Of a stretch of 64,000 nt of DNA, positions 47,935 to 58,300 are shown piece after piece (the stretch's first letter is position 1; each line of letters starts with the position of its first letter). The position numbers and the translations under genes were made by a program. The DNA lies in assembly GCF_012964435.1 (NCBI RefSeq), contig NZ_DTTX01000090.1; one strand, given 5' to 3'. The notes under the pieces were generated by a model. It ran no database searches. It was not told the origin of the DNA and saw only the letters and a list, made by a program, of their open reading frames with translations. This DNA is from Mesonia sp. Lineage in GTDB: Bacteria > Bacteroidota > Bacteroidia > Flavobacteriales > Flavobacteriaceae.

Positions 47935-49052
47935 TACCTTATAGAAATCTATTGCAAAATAATTTTAAAAATTTAATAGGTAAATCTTTAAAACAGAAAT
48001 ATATAATTTTTGAAAGTGACGATTGGGGAAGTATTCGAATGCCAAATAAAAAAACATTTGAAAGTTTAGAGAAATCAGGTGTTAAATTTGGAAATACAGA
48101 AAGTCTTAGATATAATAAGTATGATACTTTAGCCAATGTTCAAGATTTTGATTGTTTATTTACAACGCTTCAAAAATTTAAAGACACAGCGGGTAACCAC
48201 CCAATAATCACAGCAGTAAGCGTTGTTGCCAATCCTGATTTTGAAAAAATTAAGGAAAATAATTTTAGTAAATATTTTTTTGAATCCTTTCATACTACTC
48301 TTCATCGATATAATCAAGAAAATGCGATTGAATATTGGAAAAGAGGGATAGATGAAAAATTATTTGTCCCAGAGTTTCACGGTCGTGAGCACTTAAATGT
48401 AAACGTTTGGTTGCGAGATCTTCAAAAAAAGAAAAAAGAAACTATAACAGCATTTGATCATCAATGTTGGGGTATACCGGTAAAAACTCCTTCCAATATA
48501 TCCTATCAGGCTGCTTTCGATGTAGAGTTTGAAGAAGATATTAAAGATCAAGAGCAAATAATAGCATCTGGTTTAGAATTATTTAATACCTTACATAATT
48601 ATAAAGCAAAAGTGTTTGTACCTCCCAATGGACCTTTTAATAATTCTTTAGCTAAAATATCAAAAACTTCTGGTATAGATTATATAAGTACCTCTAAAAT
48701 ACAATCAGAGCCCCTAGGTTTAGGGAAACATAGAAAAGTTATTCACTGGTTAGGGCAAAAAAATAAATATAATCAAATATATTTGACACGAAATGCATTT
48801 TTTGAGCCTAGTTCTCCCCATAAAGATTGGGTAGATTCTTGCTTAAATGATATTCATTATGCTTTTAAATGGAATAAACCTGCAGTAATTAGTACGCATA
48901 GAGTTAATTATATTGGAGCTATTGATGAAAATAATAGAAAATCAGGATTAGATCAATTATCGATTTTAATTTCTCGAATTTTAAAAAAATGGCCGGATGT
49001 AAGATTTATTACTTCGGCAGAATTAGGAAATAAACTTCAAAATGGTGAATAA
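47931..49052 (+). CDS. uncharacterised protein with deacetylase-like DDWG / HGREH motifs (paralogue of 40276-41370)
   Basis: FESDDWGSIR, NPDFEKIKE, HGREHLN, RNAFFEPSS, DWVDSCL, KPAVISTHRVN. ATGA overlap with the upstream GT. Confidence 0.45.
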   Translation: MIPYRNLLQNNFKNLIGKSLKQKYIIFESDDWGSIRMPNKKTFESLEKSGVKFGNTESLRYNKYDTLANVQDFDCLFTTLQKFKDTAGNHPIITAVSVVANPDFEKIKENNFSKYFFESFHTTLHRYNQENAIEYWKRGIDEKLFVPEFHGREHLNVNVWLRDLQKKKKETITAFDHQCWGIPVKTPSNISYQAAFDVEFEEDIKDQEQIIASGLELFNTLHNYKAKVFVPPNGPFNNSLAKISKTSGIDYISTSKIQSEPLGLGKHRKVIHWLGQKNKYNQIYLTRNAFFEPSSPHKDWVDSCLNDIHYAFKWNKPAVISTHRVNYIGAIDENNRKSGLDQLSILISRILKKWPDVRFITSAELGNKLQNGE

Positions 49053-49995
49053 AGAAAATAAAATCTTTGTTGCAGGACATAGGGGAATGGTAGGAAGTGC
49101 GATTACTAAAACCTTAAAGGATTCTGGCTATAAGAACTTAATTCTTGTTAGTAGTAAAGACTTAGATTTAAGAAAACAAAAAGAAGTAGATGATTTTTTT
49201 AAAAAACATCGTCCGGATATTGTAATAGATGCAGCTGCAAGAGTCGGAGGTATTTTAGCTAATAGCCAATACCCTTATAACTTTTTAATGGAAAATCTTC
49301 AAATTCAAAATAATTTGATTGACGGTTCTGTAAATAATGATGTTAGTAAATTTATATTTTTAGGGAGCTCTTGTATCTACCCAAAAATGGCAAATCAGCC
49401 TTTAAAAGAAGATTATCTTTTAACCAATGAGTTAGAGCCAACTAATCAGTGGTATGCGATTGCAAAAATTGCAGGAGTAAAAGCTTGTGAAGCTGTAAGA
49501 GAGCAATATGGTAAGGACTATATTAGTTTAATGCCCACTAATTTATATGGTGAAAATGATAATTTCGACTTAAAAACATCTCACGTTTTGCCGGCGATGA
49601 TCAGAAAATTCGATGAAGCTAAAGAGAATAACCATAGCAGTGTTAAGTTATGGGGGAGTGGTTCTCCGAAAAGAGAATTTTTACATGTTAAAGATTTAGC
49701 TTCTGCAGTTCAATTTTCATTAGAGAACAGATTAGATGAAAATCTATATAATGTGGGTTCTGGTGTAGATATCTCTATTAAAAATTTGGCAGAAACGATT
49801 CAAGGAATTATTGGTCATAAGGGTGAAATATTTTGGGATAGTTCTAAGCCTGATGGAACACCAAGAAAACTAATGGACACCAAGAAAATGAGTGATCAAG
49901 GTTGGAAGTACTCTATAGATTTAGAAGATGGCATTAAATCTACCTACGAGTGGTATTTAAAAAATAAAAGTAAAATAAGAAAGGTTAAATTATAA
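49042..49995 (+). CDS. fcl: GDP-L-fucose synthase
   Basis: VAGHRGMVGSA; YAIAKIAG (YxxxK); LPAMIRKF; LWGSGSPKREFLHVKDLA. Adjacent to gmd. Confidence 0.9.
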   Translation: MVNKENKIFVAGHRGMVGSAITKTLKDSGYKNLILVSSKDLDLRKQKEVDDFFKKHRPDIVIDAAARVGGILANSQYPYNFLMENLQIQNNLIDGSVNNDVSKFIFLGSSCIYPKMANQPLKEDYLLTNELEPTNQWYAIAKIAGVKACEAVREQYGKDYISLMPTNLYGENDNFDLKTSHVLPAMIRKFDEAKENNHSSVKLWGSGSPKREFLHVKDLASAVQFSLENRLDENLYNVGSGVDISIKNLAETIQGIIGHKGEIFWDSSKPDGTPRKLMDTKKMSDQGWKYSIDLEDGIKSTYEWYLKNKSKIRKVKL

Positions 49996-49999
49996 ATAA

Positions 50000-51154
50000 A
50001 TGACAAATCGAAAAGTAGCCTTAATTACAGGGATAACAGGTCAAGATGGAGCTTATCTAGCTGAATTATTGTTAGAGAAAAATTATATTGTTCACGGTAT
50101 TAAAAGAAGAGCTTCATTATTCAATACAGATAGAATAGATCATTTATATAAAGATCCTCATCAAAATAACGTAAATTTTAAATTACATTATGGAGACTTA
50201 ACAGACTCTATGAATTTAACAAGGATCATTCAAGAGACACAACCTGATGAAATATATAATTTAGCTGCAATGTCTCACGTTAAAGTAAGCTTTGAAACTC
50301 CAGAATATACAGCTAATGCAGATGGTATTGGAGCTCTTCGAATCTTAGAGGCCATTCGTTTATTGGGGTTAACAAAAAAAACTAAATTCTACCAGGCTTC
50401 AACCTCAGAACTTTATGGTTTGGTTCAAGCAGTACCGCAATCAGAAAGCACACCATTTTATCCTAGATCTCCTTATGCGGTTGCAAAGCTCTATGCTTAC
50501 TGGATAACGATTAATTACAGAGAAGCATACGATATGTATGCTTGTAACGGTATACTTTTTAATCACGAATCACCTTTAAGAGGAGAAACCTTTGTGACTC
50601 GAAAAATCACAAGAGCTGCGGCAAAAATTGCGTTAGGTTTGCAAGAAGAAATGTATATAGGAAATCTTGATGCAAAAAGAGATTGGGGGCACGCCAAAGA
50701 CTACGTAAGAGGAATGTGGTTAATGTTGCAGCAAAATAATCCTGAAGATTTTGTATTAGCAACTGGTGTAACTACAACTGTAAGAGACTTTATAAAACAA
50801 TCTTTTTCAGAAATTGGATTGACTTTAAAGTTTTCTGGTGAAGGAGTAAATGAGTATGGTACATTATTATCTATTAATAAAGATAAATTTGAATTGCTTA
50901 CAGGTTTGAAGGCAGATAGCTTAGAAGCAAGAATTAATTCAACAATAATTAAAGTAGACCCAGAGTATTTTAGACCTACAGAAGTAGATTTATTAATAGG
51001 TGACGCATCTAAAGCACAGGCAAATTTAGGGTGGAGTCCAGACTATAGCCTTGATGAATTGATCTCGGAAATGATACAAGCAGATTTAGAACTTTTTAAG
51101 AAAGATCTATCTCTCAAACAATCCGGCTATAAAATTTTAAAGCAAGCAGAATAG
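50000..51154 (+). CDS. gmd: GDP-mannose 4,6-dehydratase
   Basis: [29 protein letters not shown]; QASTSELYG; [10 protein letters not shown]; [19 protein letters not shown]. Confidence 0.92.
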   Translation: MTNRKVALITGITGQDGAYLAELLLEKNYIVHGIKRRASLFNTDRIDHLYKDPHQNNVNFKLHYGDLTDSMNLTRIIQETQPDEIYNLAAMSHVKVSFETPEYTANADGIGALRILEAIRLLGLTKKTKFYQASTSELYGLVQAVPQSESTPFYPRSPYAVAKLYAYWITINYREAYDMYACNGILFNHESPLRGETFVTRKITRAAAKIALGLQEEMYIGNLDAKRDWGHAKDYVRGMWLMLQQNNPEDFVLATGVTTTVRDFIKQSFSEIGLTLKFSGEGVNEYGTLLSINKDKFELLTGLKADSLEARINSTIIKVDPEYFRPTEVDLLIGDASKAQANLGWSPDYSLDELISEMIQADLELFKKDLSLKQSGYKILKQAE

Positions 51155-51155
51155 A

Positions 51156-52310
51156 ATGCCGGGAGATTATAAATCTATTGTTTTTATAAACCAAAGTAGT
51201 GGTTACTTGATGATAGATATCATTAATGCTCACTCAGATTTATATGATGAAATAATTCTTTTAACAGGATTTTTAAATCCAAGGGAAACTCCATTAAATC
51301 CTAAGGTGCAAGTTAAATATTTATCGCGATACGATCGAGAGAATAACTCTTCTAGATTTATAAGTTGGTTAAAATTTTATTTGCAATGTTGGTTTTATGT
51401 TTTTTTTAAATTTAAAAAGTCTAATTTCTATTTTGTTTCAAACCCTCCACTAACCCTTTTTTTGGCAGCATTTAAAAAGTCACAATCATTTGTATATTTA
51501 ATTTATGATGTATATCCTGCTGCCCTAAGTGAAAATAATATAATTTCTAAACACTCGGTATTATATAGATTTTGGAATTATGTAAATAAGATTGTCTTAA
51601 AAAAAGCAAAATCTATATATACTATTAGCGAGGGAATGAAAAGTGTTTTTTTAGATGAAATAAATATTAAAAAGGATTATCGTGATAAAGTAAAGGTTAT
51701 TCCTGTATGGACTAATAATAACTTCTTTATATCAATACCAAAAAGTGAAAACATTTTTTTAAAGAAATATCAAGCTTTTAATAAATTCATTATCGCTTAT
51801 TCGGGTAACTTAGGAAAAACTCATCCTATAGAATTTTTAATAGAATCCGCACGACATTTAAAATATGATGATGATATTATATTTTTTATAATCGGTGAGG
51901 GAGATAAAAAATCTAAGATCACTAATACCATTAATAAAGAAGGCCTTAAAAATATTAAAGTTTTAGATTTTCAACCTACAGAAATATTCCCTCATTCGTT
52001 AGCAGCTATAGATATTGGTGTGGTTACATTAGAAGAAAACACTGCTCAGTTAAGTGTTCCTTCAAAACTGTTTAATTTGATGTCTGTAGCTAAACCAGTA
52101 ATTACAGTGTCTAATAATACTTCAGAGTTAGCTAAAATTATTAATAAAAATAATATGGGTGAAAATTTCTCGGCTAATGATGTAATTGATATTTGTAATT
52201 TTATAATTAAATTGAAAGAGAATAAATCTATATACGATCAATATAGTTTAAATAGTAAAAAAGCTAGTTTAAACTTTACTCAAGATAACGCTCATAAAAT
52301 GATATTTTAA
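51156..52310 (+). CDS. glycosyltransferase (GT4, WbuB-like)
   Basis: GT-B layout with C-terminal LSVPSKLFNLMSVAKPVI. Lies between gmd and the initiating transferase. Confidence 0.65.
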   Translation: MPGDYKSIVFINQSSGYLMIDIINAHSDLYDEIILLTGFLNPRETPLNPKVQVKYLSRYDRENNSSRFISWLKFYLQCWFYVFFKFKKSNFYFVSNPPLTLFLAAFKKSQSFVYLIYDVYPAALSENNIISKHSVLYRFWNYVNKIVLKKAKSIYTISEGMKSVFLDEINIKKDYRDKVKVIPVWTNNNFFISIPKSENIFLKKYQAFNKFIIAYSGNLGKTHPIEFLIESARHLKYDDDIIFFIIGEGDKKSKITNTINKEGLKNIKVLDFQPTEIFPHSLAAIDIGVVTLEENTAQLSVPSKLFNLMSVAKPVITVSNNTSELAKIINKNNMGENFSANDVIDICNFIIKLKENKSIYDQYSLNSKKASLNFTQDNAHKMIF

Positions 52311-52319
52311 ACTTATTGT

Positions 52320-52928
52320 ATGCACTATAAAAATAGTATTAAGGTATTTTTTGATGTTTTTACTGCCGTTGTTCTTTTGCTATTATTTAGTCCATTAATT
52401 TTAATCACTTATTTAGTTTTATCAATTTCTTTTGGTGGTAGTCCGATCTTCTATCAATTGAGGCCTGGTAAAAATGAGAAAGTATTTAAGATCATTAAAT
52501 TTAAAACAATGAATGATCGTAGAGACGAAAATGGACTGCTTCTACCTGATGAAATAAGGTTAACTAAAATTGGTTCACTTATTAGAAAAACGAGTATCGA
52601 TGAGTTGCCACAACTACTAAATGTGCTTAAAGGAGATATGAGTATAGTAGGGCCAAGACCTCTTTTAGTTAAATATTTAGATTTGTATAATGAAAATCAA
52701 AAAAAAAGGCATTTAGTAAAACCCGGCATTACCGGGTTAGCGCAAGTTAATGGAAGAAATAATATTAGCTGGGAGAAAAAATTAGAACTCGATGTTTTCT
52801 ATGTAAGAAATCAATCTTTTTTTTTAGATTTAACTATACTTTTTAAAACTTTACAAAAAGTAATTCAATCAAAAGATATTAATAAAAAAGGTGAAGCAAC
52901 TACGAGTTCATTTAAGGGCTCTAAATAA
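52320..52928 (+). CDS. small polyprenyl-phosphate sugar-1-phosphate transferase (PglC/WbaP-C-terminal type), initiating enzyme
   Basis: One N-terminal hydrophobic helix. [34 protein letters not shown]. Confidence 0.85.
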   Translation: MHYKNSIKVFFDVFTAVVLLLLFSPLILITYLVLSISFGGSPIFYQLRPGKNEKVFKIIKFKTMNDRRDENGLLLPDEIRLTKIGSLIRKTSIDELPQLLNVLKGDMSIVGPRPLLVKYLDLYNENQKKRHLVKPGITGLAQVNGRNNISWEKKLELDVFYVRNQSFFLDLTILFKTLQKVIQSKDINKKGEATTSSFKGSK

Positions 52929-52937
52929 TTTTAATAG

Positions 52938-53591
52938 ATGAAAAGTAATGTAATAATTGTCGGAGCAGGCGGCCACGCCGCAGAGATTAGAGATTATGTA
53001 AATCACTTTAATCAAGCAAATAAAGACTCGCAGCTTACCGTTATAGGTTTTCTAGATGATGATCAACAATCATATCATCATTATGGGTTTAATGAACCTT
53101 ATTTAGGATCAATTGATGATCATATTATCAATCCTTCGGCAGCGTATATTATGGGTATTGCCAATTTGTCTTATAGAAAAAAATTGATCTTAAAACTACA
53201 ATCAAAAGGAGCAAATTTTAGAGGATTAATTCATCCAACGGCAATAATCTCTCCTTCTTCAGAAATTGATAAAACTACAGTTATCTCGCATAATGCCTCT
53301 GTTGGAGCAAAAGTAAAAATCGGTGCTTTTAATATGCTTAATTCTCGATGTACTATAGGTCATGATACTCAAATAGGAGAGTTTAATTTTATTAGTCCTC
53401 AAGTTGCAATTGCTGGTAATACTTCTATCGGAAATGAAAATTTGATTGGGACAAATGCCTGTACAATACCCGGTATGAAGATTGGCGATAATAATAAAAT
53501 TGCTGCTGGTATGACAATTTATAAATCAGTGGGAGATAATGAAACTGTGATCTATAAACATAAAGAAAGAGTTATATTCAAAAATGAGTAA
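52938..53591 (+). CDS. PglD/NeuD-family sugar N-acetyltransferase
   Basis: N-terminal IVGAGGHA Rossmann-like domain plus a C-terminal hexapeptide beta-helix. Confidence 0.75.
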   Translation: MKSNVIIVGAGGHAAEIRDYVNHFNQANKDSQLTVIGFLDDDQQSYHHYGFNEPYLGSIDDHIINPSAAYIMGIANLSYRKKLILKLQSKGANFRGLIHPTAIISPSSEIDKTTVISHNASVGAKVKIGAFNMLNSRCTIGHDTQIGEFNFISPQVAIAGNTSIGNENLIGTNACTIPGMKIGDNNKIAAGMTIYKSVGDNETVIYKHKERVIFKNE

Positions 53592-53624
53592 ACTTCATTA
53601 TGTATAATATTACACTTTAATAAC

Positions 53625-53661
53625 TAAAAAAAAGCCATCATTTAAATGATGGCTTTTTTAT
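53625..53661. terminator. bidirectional terminator at the end of the polysaccharide operon
   Basis: Perfect 24-nt palindrome AAGCCATCATTTAAATGATGGCTT (53632-53655), flanked by an A run and a T run. Confidence 0.7.
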
Positions 53662-53680
53662 TTATGAATTGAAAAGTTTC

Positions 53681-54967
53681 TTATTGAACTTTAAAAGTTA
53701 CTCTTCTAACTAATTGTCTAGCTTCAGATGAAGATTTATCTACAGTATCGTCTGCTCCAGCTCCTCTGTATTCTAATCTAGATTCTTCAACTCCAGATGC
53801 AACTAAAATATCGTATACTCTTTTAGCTCTTTTTTCAGATAGAGTTTGGTTGTAAGAAGCATTTCCGATCTCGTCAGCATAACCAATTAACTCTGCATTA
53901 GCGTTTGGATTCTCTGTCATATACTTCACTAAATAGTTAATAGCTTCGTAAGAATATATCTCAGGCTTATCGCTATTAAATTGGAAATATACATTAACAT
54001 AGCCATCGTTTAGTAACTTTTTTACACCTGCAGCAGAAGCATTACCTCTTTCAAATTCAGTTTTAGATGTATAACGCTCGTCTAAAGATGATTCGATTTC
54101 GTCAGGAATGCCATTGTTATTTTTATCTACAGCTACACCTTTAGAATCGACAGCCACACCATTCATAGTATTTGGCTCTCTGTCTAAGTAATTAGGAACT
54201 CCATCTTGGTCTTCATCTTGTAAGTCATTCTCAAGTTTAGCCATTCTGTCTTGAACAGAATCGATTTTCTTTCTTAACTCAGTTTTTTCAGTTACATCAA
54301 CCCAATCTGCATGCTTTTGTTTGTTTCCTAAATAGATTTGAATACCTGCTGTAAAGGTAGCGATGTTACCGTCGATATCGTTTACAACATCATTTTCAGA
54401 ATAACCGTCCCAAGCATACTTTTGACTCATTAAGCCTTGGAAGCTCATGTCTGCATACAAAGATATTTTATCACTTAATCTAACCTGTGGTGTAATACCT
54501 ACAATTAAAGTTGCTGAAGAATTACTTTCGCCGTCAAATAAAACATCGTCTCCTAATGTCATATTTGTATAACCTGCACCCGCGTGACCAAGAATATTAA
54601 AAGTCTTTGTCCAATCTCTAAAGTTAAGAACAGAACCTACATTAACAACACCTTCTAATGTCCCGCTATAAAAATTTGTTTGAAAATCTGCTGGAGATTT
54701 ATCATCTGCATTAACGGATGTGTATAAAAGATTTAGTTTAAAACCAAACTTATCATTTATCATATATCTTAATCCTAAATCTGCAGCCCAAGAACTAAAA
54801 AGATCTGAGTTAAAGCCTGTGGTAAGTCTTCTACCAGGTTCAGAAAAACCACCACCAAGCTCTAATGACCAATGGTTATAGTTGTCTCCTTCATTGTAAT
54901 CATTTTCCTGAGCACTAATTGTGGTCGTTAATGTCAATAAGAAAAATAAAAGTGTAATTTTTTTCAT
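53681..54967 (-). CDS. OmpA-family outer-membrane protein with thrombospondin type-3 repeats
   Basis: Signal peptide MKKITLLFFLL. N-terminal beta-barrel region. TSP3-like DQDGVPNYLDREPN and DKNNNGIPDE. C-terminal OmpA domain (NQTLSEKRAKRVYDILV). Confidence 0.85.
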   Translation of the reverse strand: MKKITLLFFLLTLTTTISAQENDYNEGDNYNHWSLELGGGFSEPGRRLTTGFNSDLFSSWAADLGLRYMINDKFGFKLNLLYTSVNADDKSPADFQTNFYSGTLEGVVNVGSVLNFRDWTKTFNILGHAGAGYTNMTLGDDVLFDGESNSSATLIVGITPQVRLSDKISLYADMSFQGLMSQKYAWDGYSENDVVNDIDGNIATFTAGIQIYLGNKQKHADWVDVTEKTELRKKIDSVQDRMAKLENDLQDEDQDGVPNYLDREPNTMNGVAVDSKGVAVDKNNNGIPDEIESSLDERYTSKTEFERGNASAAGVKKLLNDGYVNVYFQFNSDKPEIYSYEAINYLVKYMTENPNANAELIGYADEIGNASYNQTLSEKRAKRVYDILVASGVEESRLEYRGAGADDTVDKSSSEARQLVRRVTFKVQ

Positions 54968-55125
54968 AATTAGATTATTAATGTATTTGTTATACATTTC
55001 GATAGTTAAAGCAAATATATAATAGTTTATATTTTTAAAAAAGGATTTTTGGCTCTATTGTGATTTAATTAAGAAATCTTAAGTCTCGATTTAATAAATG
55101 TTAATGTAAATATAATCAAGTAATT

Positions 55126-55157
55126 AAAAAGGTTACTAGAATTCTAGTAACCTTTTT
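55126..55157 (-). terminator. hairpin terminator after the mini-protein gene
   Basis: Perfect palindrome AAAAAGGTTACTAGAATTCTAGTAACCTTTTT. Confidence 0.65.
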
Positions 55158-55177
55158 AAAATTTAAACGAATTAATT

Positions 55178-55378
55178 TTATTTCTTACCTTTTAGTTTAA
55201 TAATACCTAAAGAAGCTCCTGCAAGACCTAAAAGCCAAACTAGACCGCCAATTGGCGCTGCAGTTTCATCATTTACATCATCTTCAAAAGGAATTTGTGC
55301 TCTTACATTTAGTACTAGTAGTAGAAACAGAATTGTAAATACTACTGTCGATAATTTTTGTTTTGAGGTACTTTTCAT
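55178..55378 (-). CDS. 66-aa secreted mini-protein: signal peptide, short acidic segment, hydrophobic helix, KGKK tail
   Basis: MKSTSKQKLSTVVFTILFLLLVLNVRAQ / IPFEDDVNDETAAP / IGGLVWLLGLAGASLGIIKL / KGKK. Lies 5 nt downstream of the large T9SS gene and has its own terminator. Confidence 0.55.
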   Translation of the reverse strand: MKSTSKQKLSTVVFTILFLLLVLNVRAQIPFEDDVNDETAAPIGGLVWLLGLAGASLGIIKLKGKK

Positions 55379-55383
55379 AGCTA

Positions 55384-58300
55384 TTATTTCTTGATAATTT
55401 TTTTTGTGATCGTATTTCCGTTAGTTGTATTTACTTTTACTAAATAAACACCGGCTTGAAGTTGACTAATATTTATATTATTGTCTTCTATATTTTCGCT
55501 ATTGTAAACTTTTCTCCCTAATAAGTTATAGATAGAAATATCTTTGATTTCTTGATCAGAACTATTTTGAATATTAAACCATCCAGTAGTTGGGTTAGGG
55601 TAAATGCTAAATTGGTCTTTAAAAAAGTTCTCATTATTCATAGAAGAAATTGCAAACACTAGTTCAAAACGATCGTTAGCAACCGTTAAACTATTTTCAT
55701 TGTCAATTTCTACGGAAAAGCTATACGTATTCTCTGTATCGCTTATTAAACTTAAAGTATTTGTGAAATTATCTTTTAGATAAACATCATAATCTTCTAA
55801 GCCGTTTAATTCTGCTTCGAATCTGTAATTATTTACTTTGTAATTAGTCGTGAATAATTGAAGCGATTCATTGTTTAAAGGCAAGCTTCTTTTTTCTATT
55901 GAAGAAAGATTACCATTAATATCTCTAGCAATACTTTCATCTAAATTGAACATTTTAGGAGCATCATTATTGTTGAACATATTATCTGCAGATTCTTCAA
56001 ACTTAATTTTAAGACCATCAGATGCATTGTCACCATTATTGTAAGCTTCTTCGGTGTATAATTTTAGATGTATACTTTTTTCTAAAGAATTAGCATTTCT
56101 AAATACTGAAGTTGTCGCCTGGTTAACTGCTTTGTTCTCTTCTAAAAATGATAAGGTAGGAGTAGTTCCGGCGCTTCCTGTTAAAAAGAAACCAGCTTGC
56201 ATAGGTTGTAAAAACTTATTTCCGGCTCCAACAGTTCCGCTATTAGTTAAAACATCGATTGTTGAATAAGCTCCACGAGTTCCCTGTGTTGGGTCCCAAA
56301 TGTAATAGTATAATGTATTTACATTAGAAGATGTTGCGTTTGCTAAAACTGCAGACATATCTACAATAGCTTGATATGGATTTCCGAAAAAGTTAAAATG
56401 TCCTTCGGTACTACTAAAACCACTTGAGAAATTTGTTGTGCCAATAGCTACAGTTCCTGTTGCTCTTAATTTAGTATTTGTAGCAGTAGTTTCATTATCT
56501 GTAACATTTATACTTCTGTCACCTCTAATCATTAATCGATAAGGTTCACCTGCAGTTAATGTAGTTACATCTGTATTGGGAGTAGTAAACCATGTTTGAC
56601 TTACGTTATTCAATTCATACATAGAAGGGAGACCAGATGGAGTATAATCAAATCCATTATACCCATCACTGTTTGAATCAACACCTGTTATATGTGTTCC
56701 GTATCCAGGATTAGGATTGTCTGTATAACTGCTTGCATCTTCTTGCCAGTTTTCTCTTATGGAAGAAGTTGTATTTACAGAAGAAGTTACAAACCTATAT
56801 GCTCTTCTTGCAGGAAAGCATTGCTCTGTAGTAATATCACCAGAAATACTACCGGTAACTTGATCTAACTGCGCTACGTTACCTGTAAAATCACACTTAA
56901 GAGTAATATTTCCGTTGGTGGTTAACTGTCCGGAATCTACATCTAAAATTTCAGTGATGTCGATTGTTGTATTTACAATTACTCCATTTGGATTAGCAAT
57001 CGTTAAATTTGCTAAATCGCCATTAACAAAACCAGATGGGATTGTTTGTGCTGCTTGACCAGAAAAATTTAATTCTGAATTACTTACGCTTCCGTCAATG
57101 TATGCGGCTGTACCCGCTGTAATCGCACCTTGAATAGTAAAAAGAAAACCATTTAATTCAATAGTAGCGCCGTCACCCATAATTAAATTATCTGCTCCGG
57201 TATTTACATCAAGAATAGGGTAGTTAGTTAACCCGGTAGGTATAGTTACATTATAATTTGCATTTGGCACTTCTGTGATATCCCAGTTTCCAACGTCATT
57301 CCAATCATTGTCGATAGCTCCTGTCCAAGTAGCATCGCCACATCCGGTAGCATCTAAAATGGTTGCAGAAACTTCTTCATCTAAGCTAGAGCTATTAAAG
57401 GCAATTGTATGATCACCTCCAACTTCAAATACAAGATCGTTAAAAGTAGCTTGTCCGGTTGCATCGGTAGTTTGTGTAACTGTACCAAATAAATCACCGG
57501 GACCTGTTTTTATAGATGCAGTCACGTTAAATCCAGCTTGTGCAACACTGTTGCTTGCATCATCTGTTATTTGGATAGTAAAAGAAGATGGCATTGTACC
57601 GTCACAATTAGAAGTAGTTGGTTGAGCAGTAATATCAATTCTACTTGCCACCGGTATAGAAGGTTCGTTATAAGCGATAAAAGCAGGATCAGAGCTTCCT
57701 CCAGGAATGTAAATTAACGCTACTGCGTCTGCTACATTAGAGGCGTTAATACCAAATTGAGAAAGTTCAATGGCTGCAAAACGCATTGTTTTTGAAATAT
57801 TAATTTGAGAGCTTGGCTGACTTGTAAATTGATATAAATCTGTTTTCCAAGTTCCTAATGAAGGAGCGCTAGTAAGTGTTAAACTAACAGAGTTACCCAC
57901 CGTAGCTCCGGAAGAATTTACAAATCTTAATTGATCTGCACCTCCGGGTTGAGCGATTTGCGATACAAAGATATCTGGAACGCCATCACCAATATTAGCT
58001 AAATCTAATCCAGCACTACTTAATTCAAATCGGTTGTTTGTGCCACTAGGGATATTAGTGAAATATGTTCCAAGATCAAGACCATGCGGTCCGGTAGTTA
58101 AATAACTTGCTAGCTCAGCACCTGTAGGGTTTGCATTAAATGGATTCGTAGTGCTTGTATCTGCACCATTATCGATGCCATCATATAATTGTCCAAAACC
58201 TAACCAATAAGAGCTTCCGCCTGTCGTCGGTAAAGTTAAAATTGGTAACGCTCTAAAGTTTTGAGCAGAATAAGTGACGCTTTGATTATTTAAAATTACG

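Noticed and set aside
27710-53591. Polysaccharide locus as a mobile genomic island
   Set aside because: Despite its AT-rich appearance, no integrase, transposase, tRNA target or flanking direct repeat is visible. It is treated as a chromosomal hypervariable glycan locus, not a mobile element.
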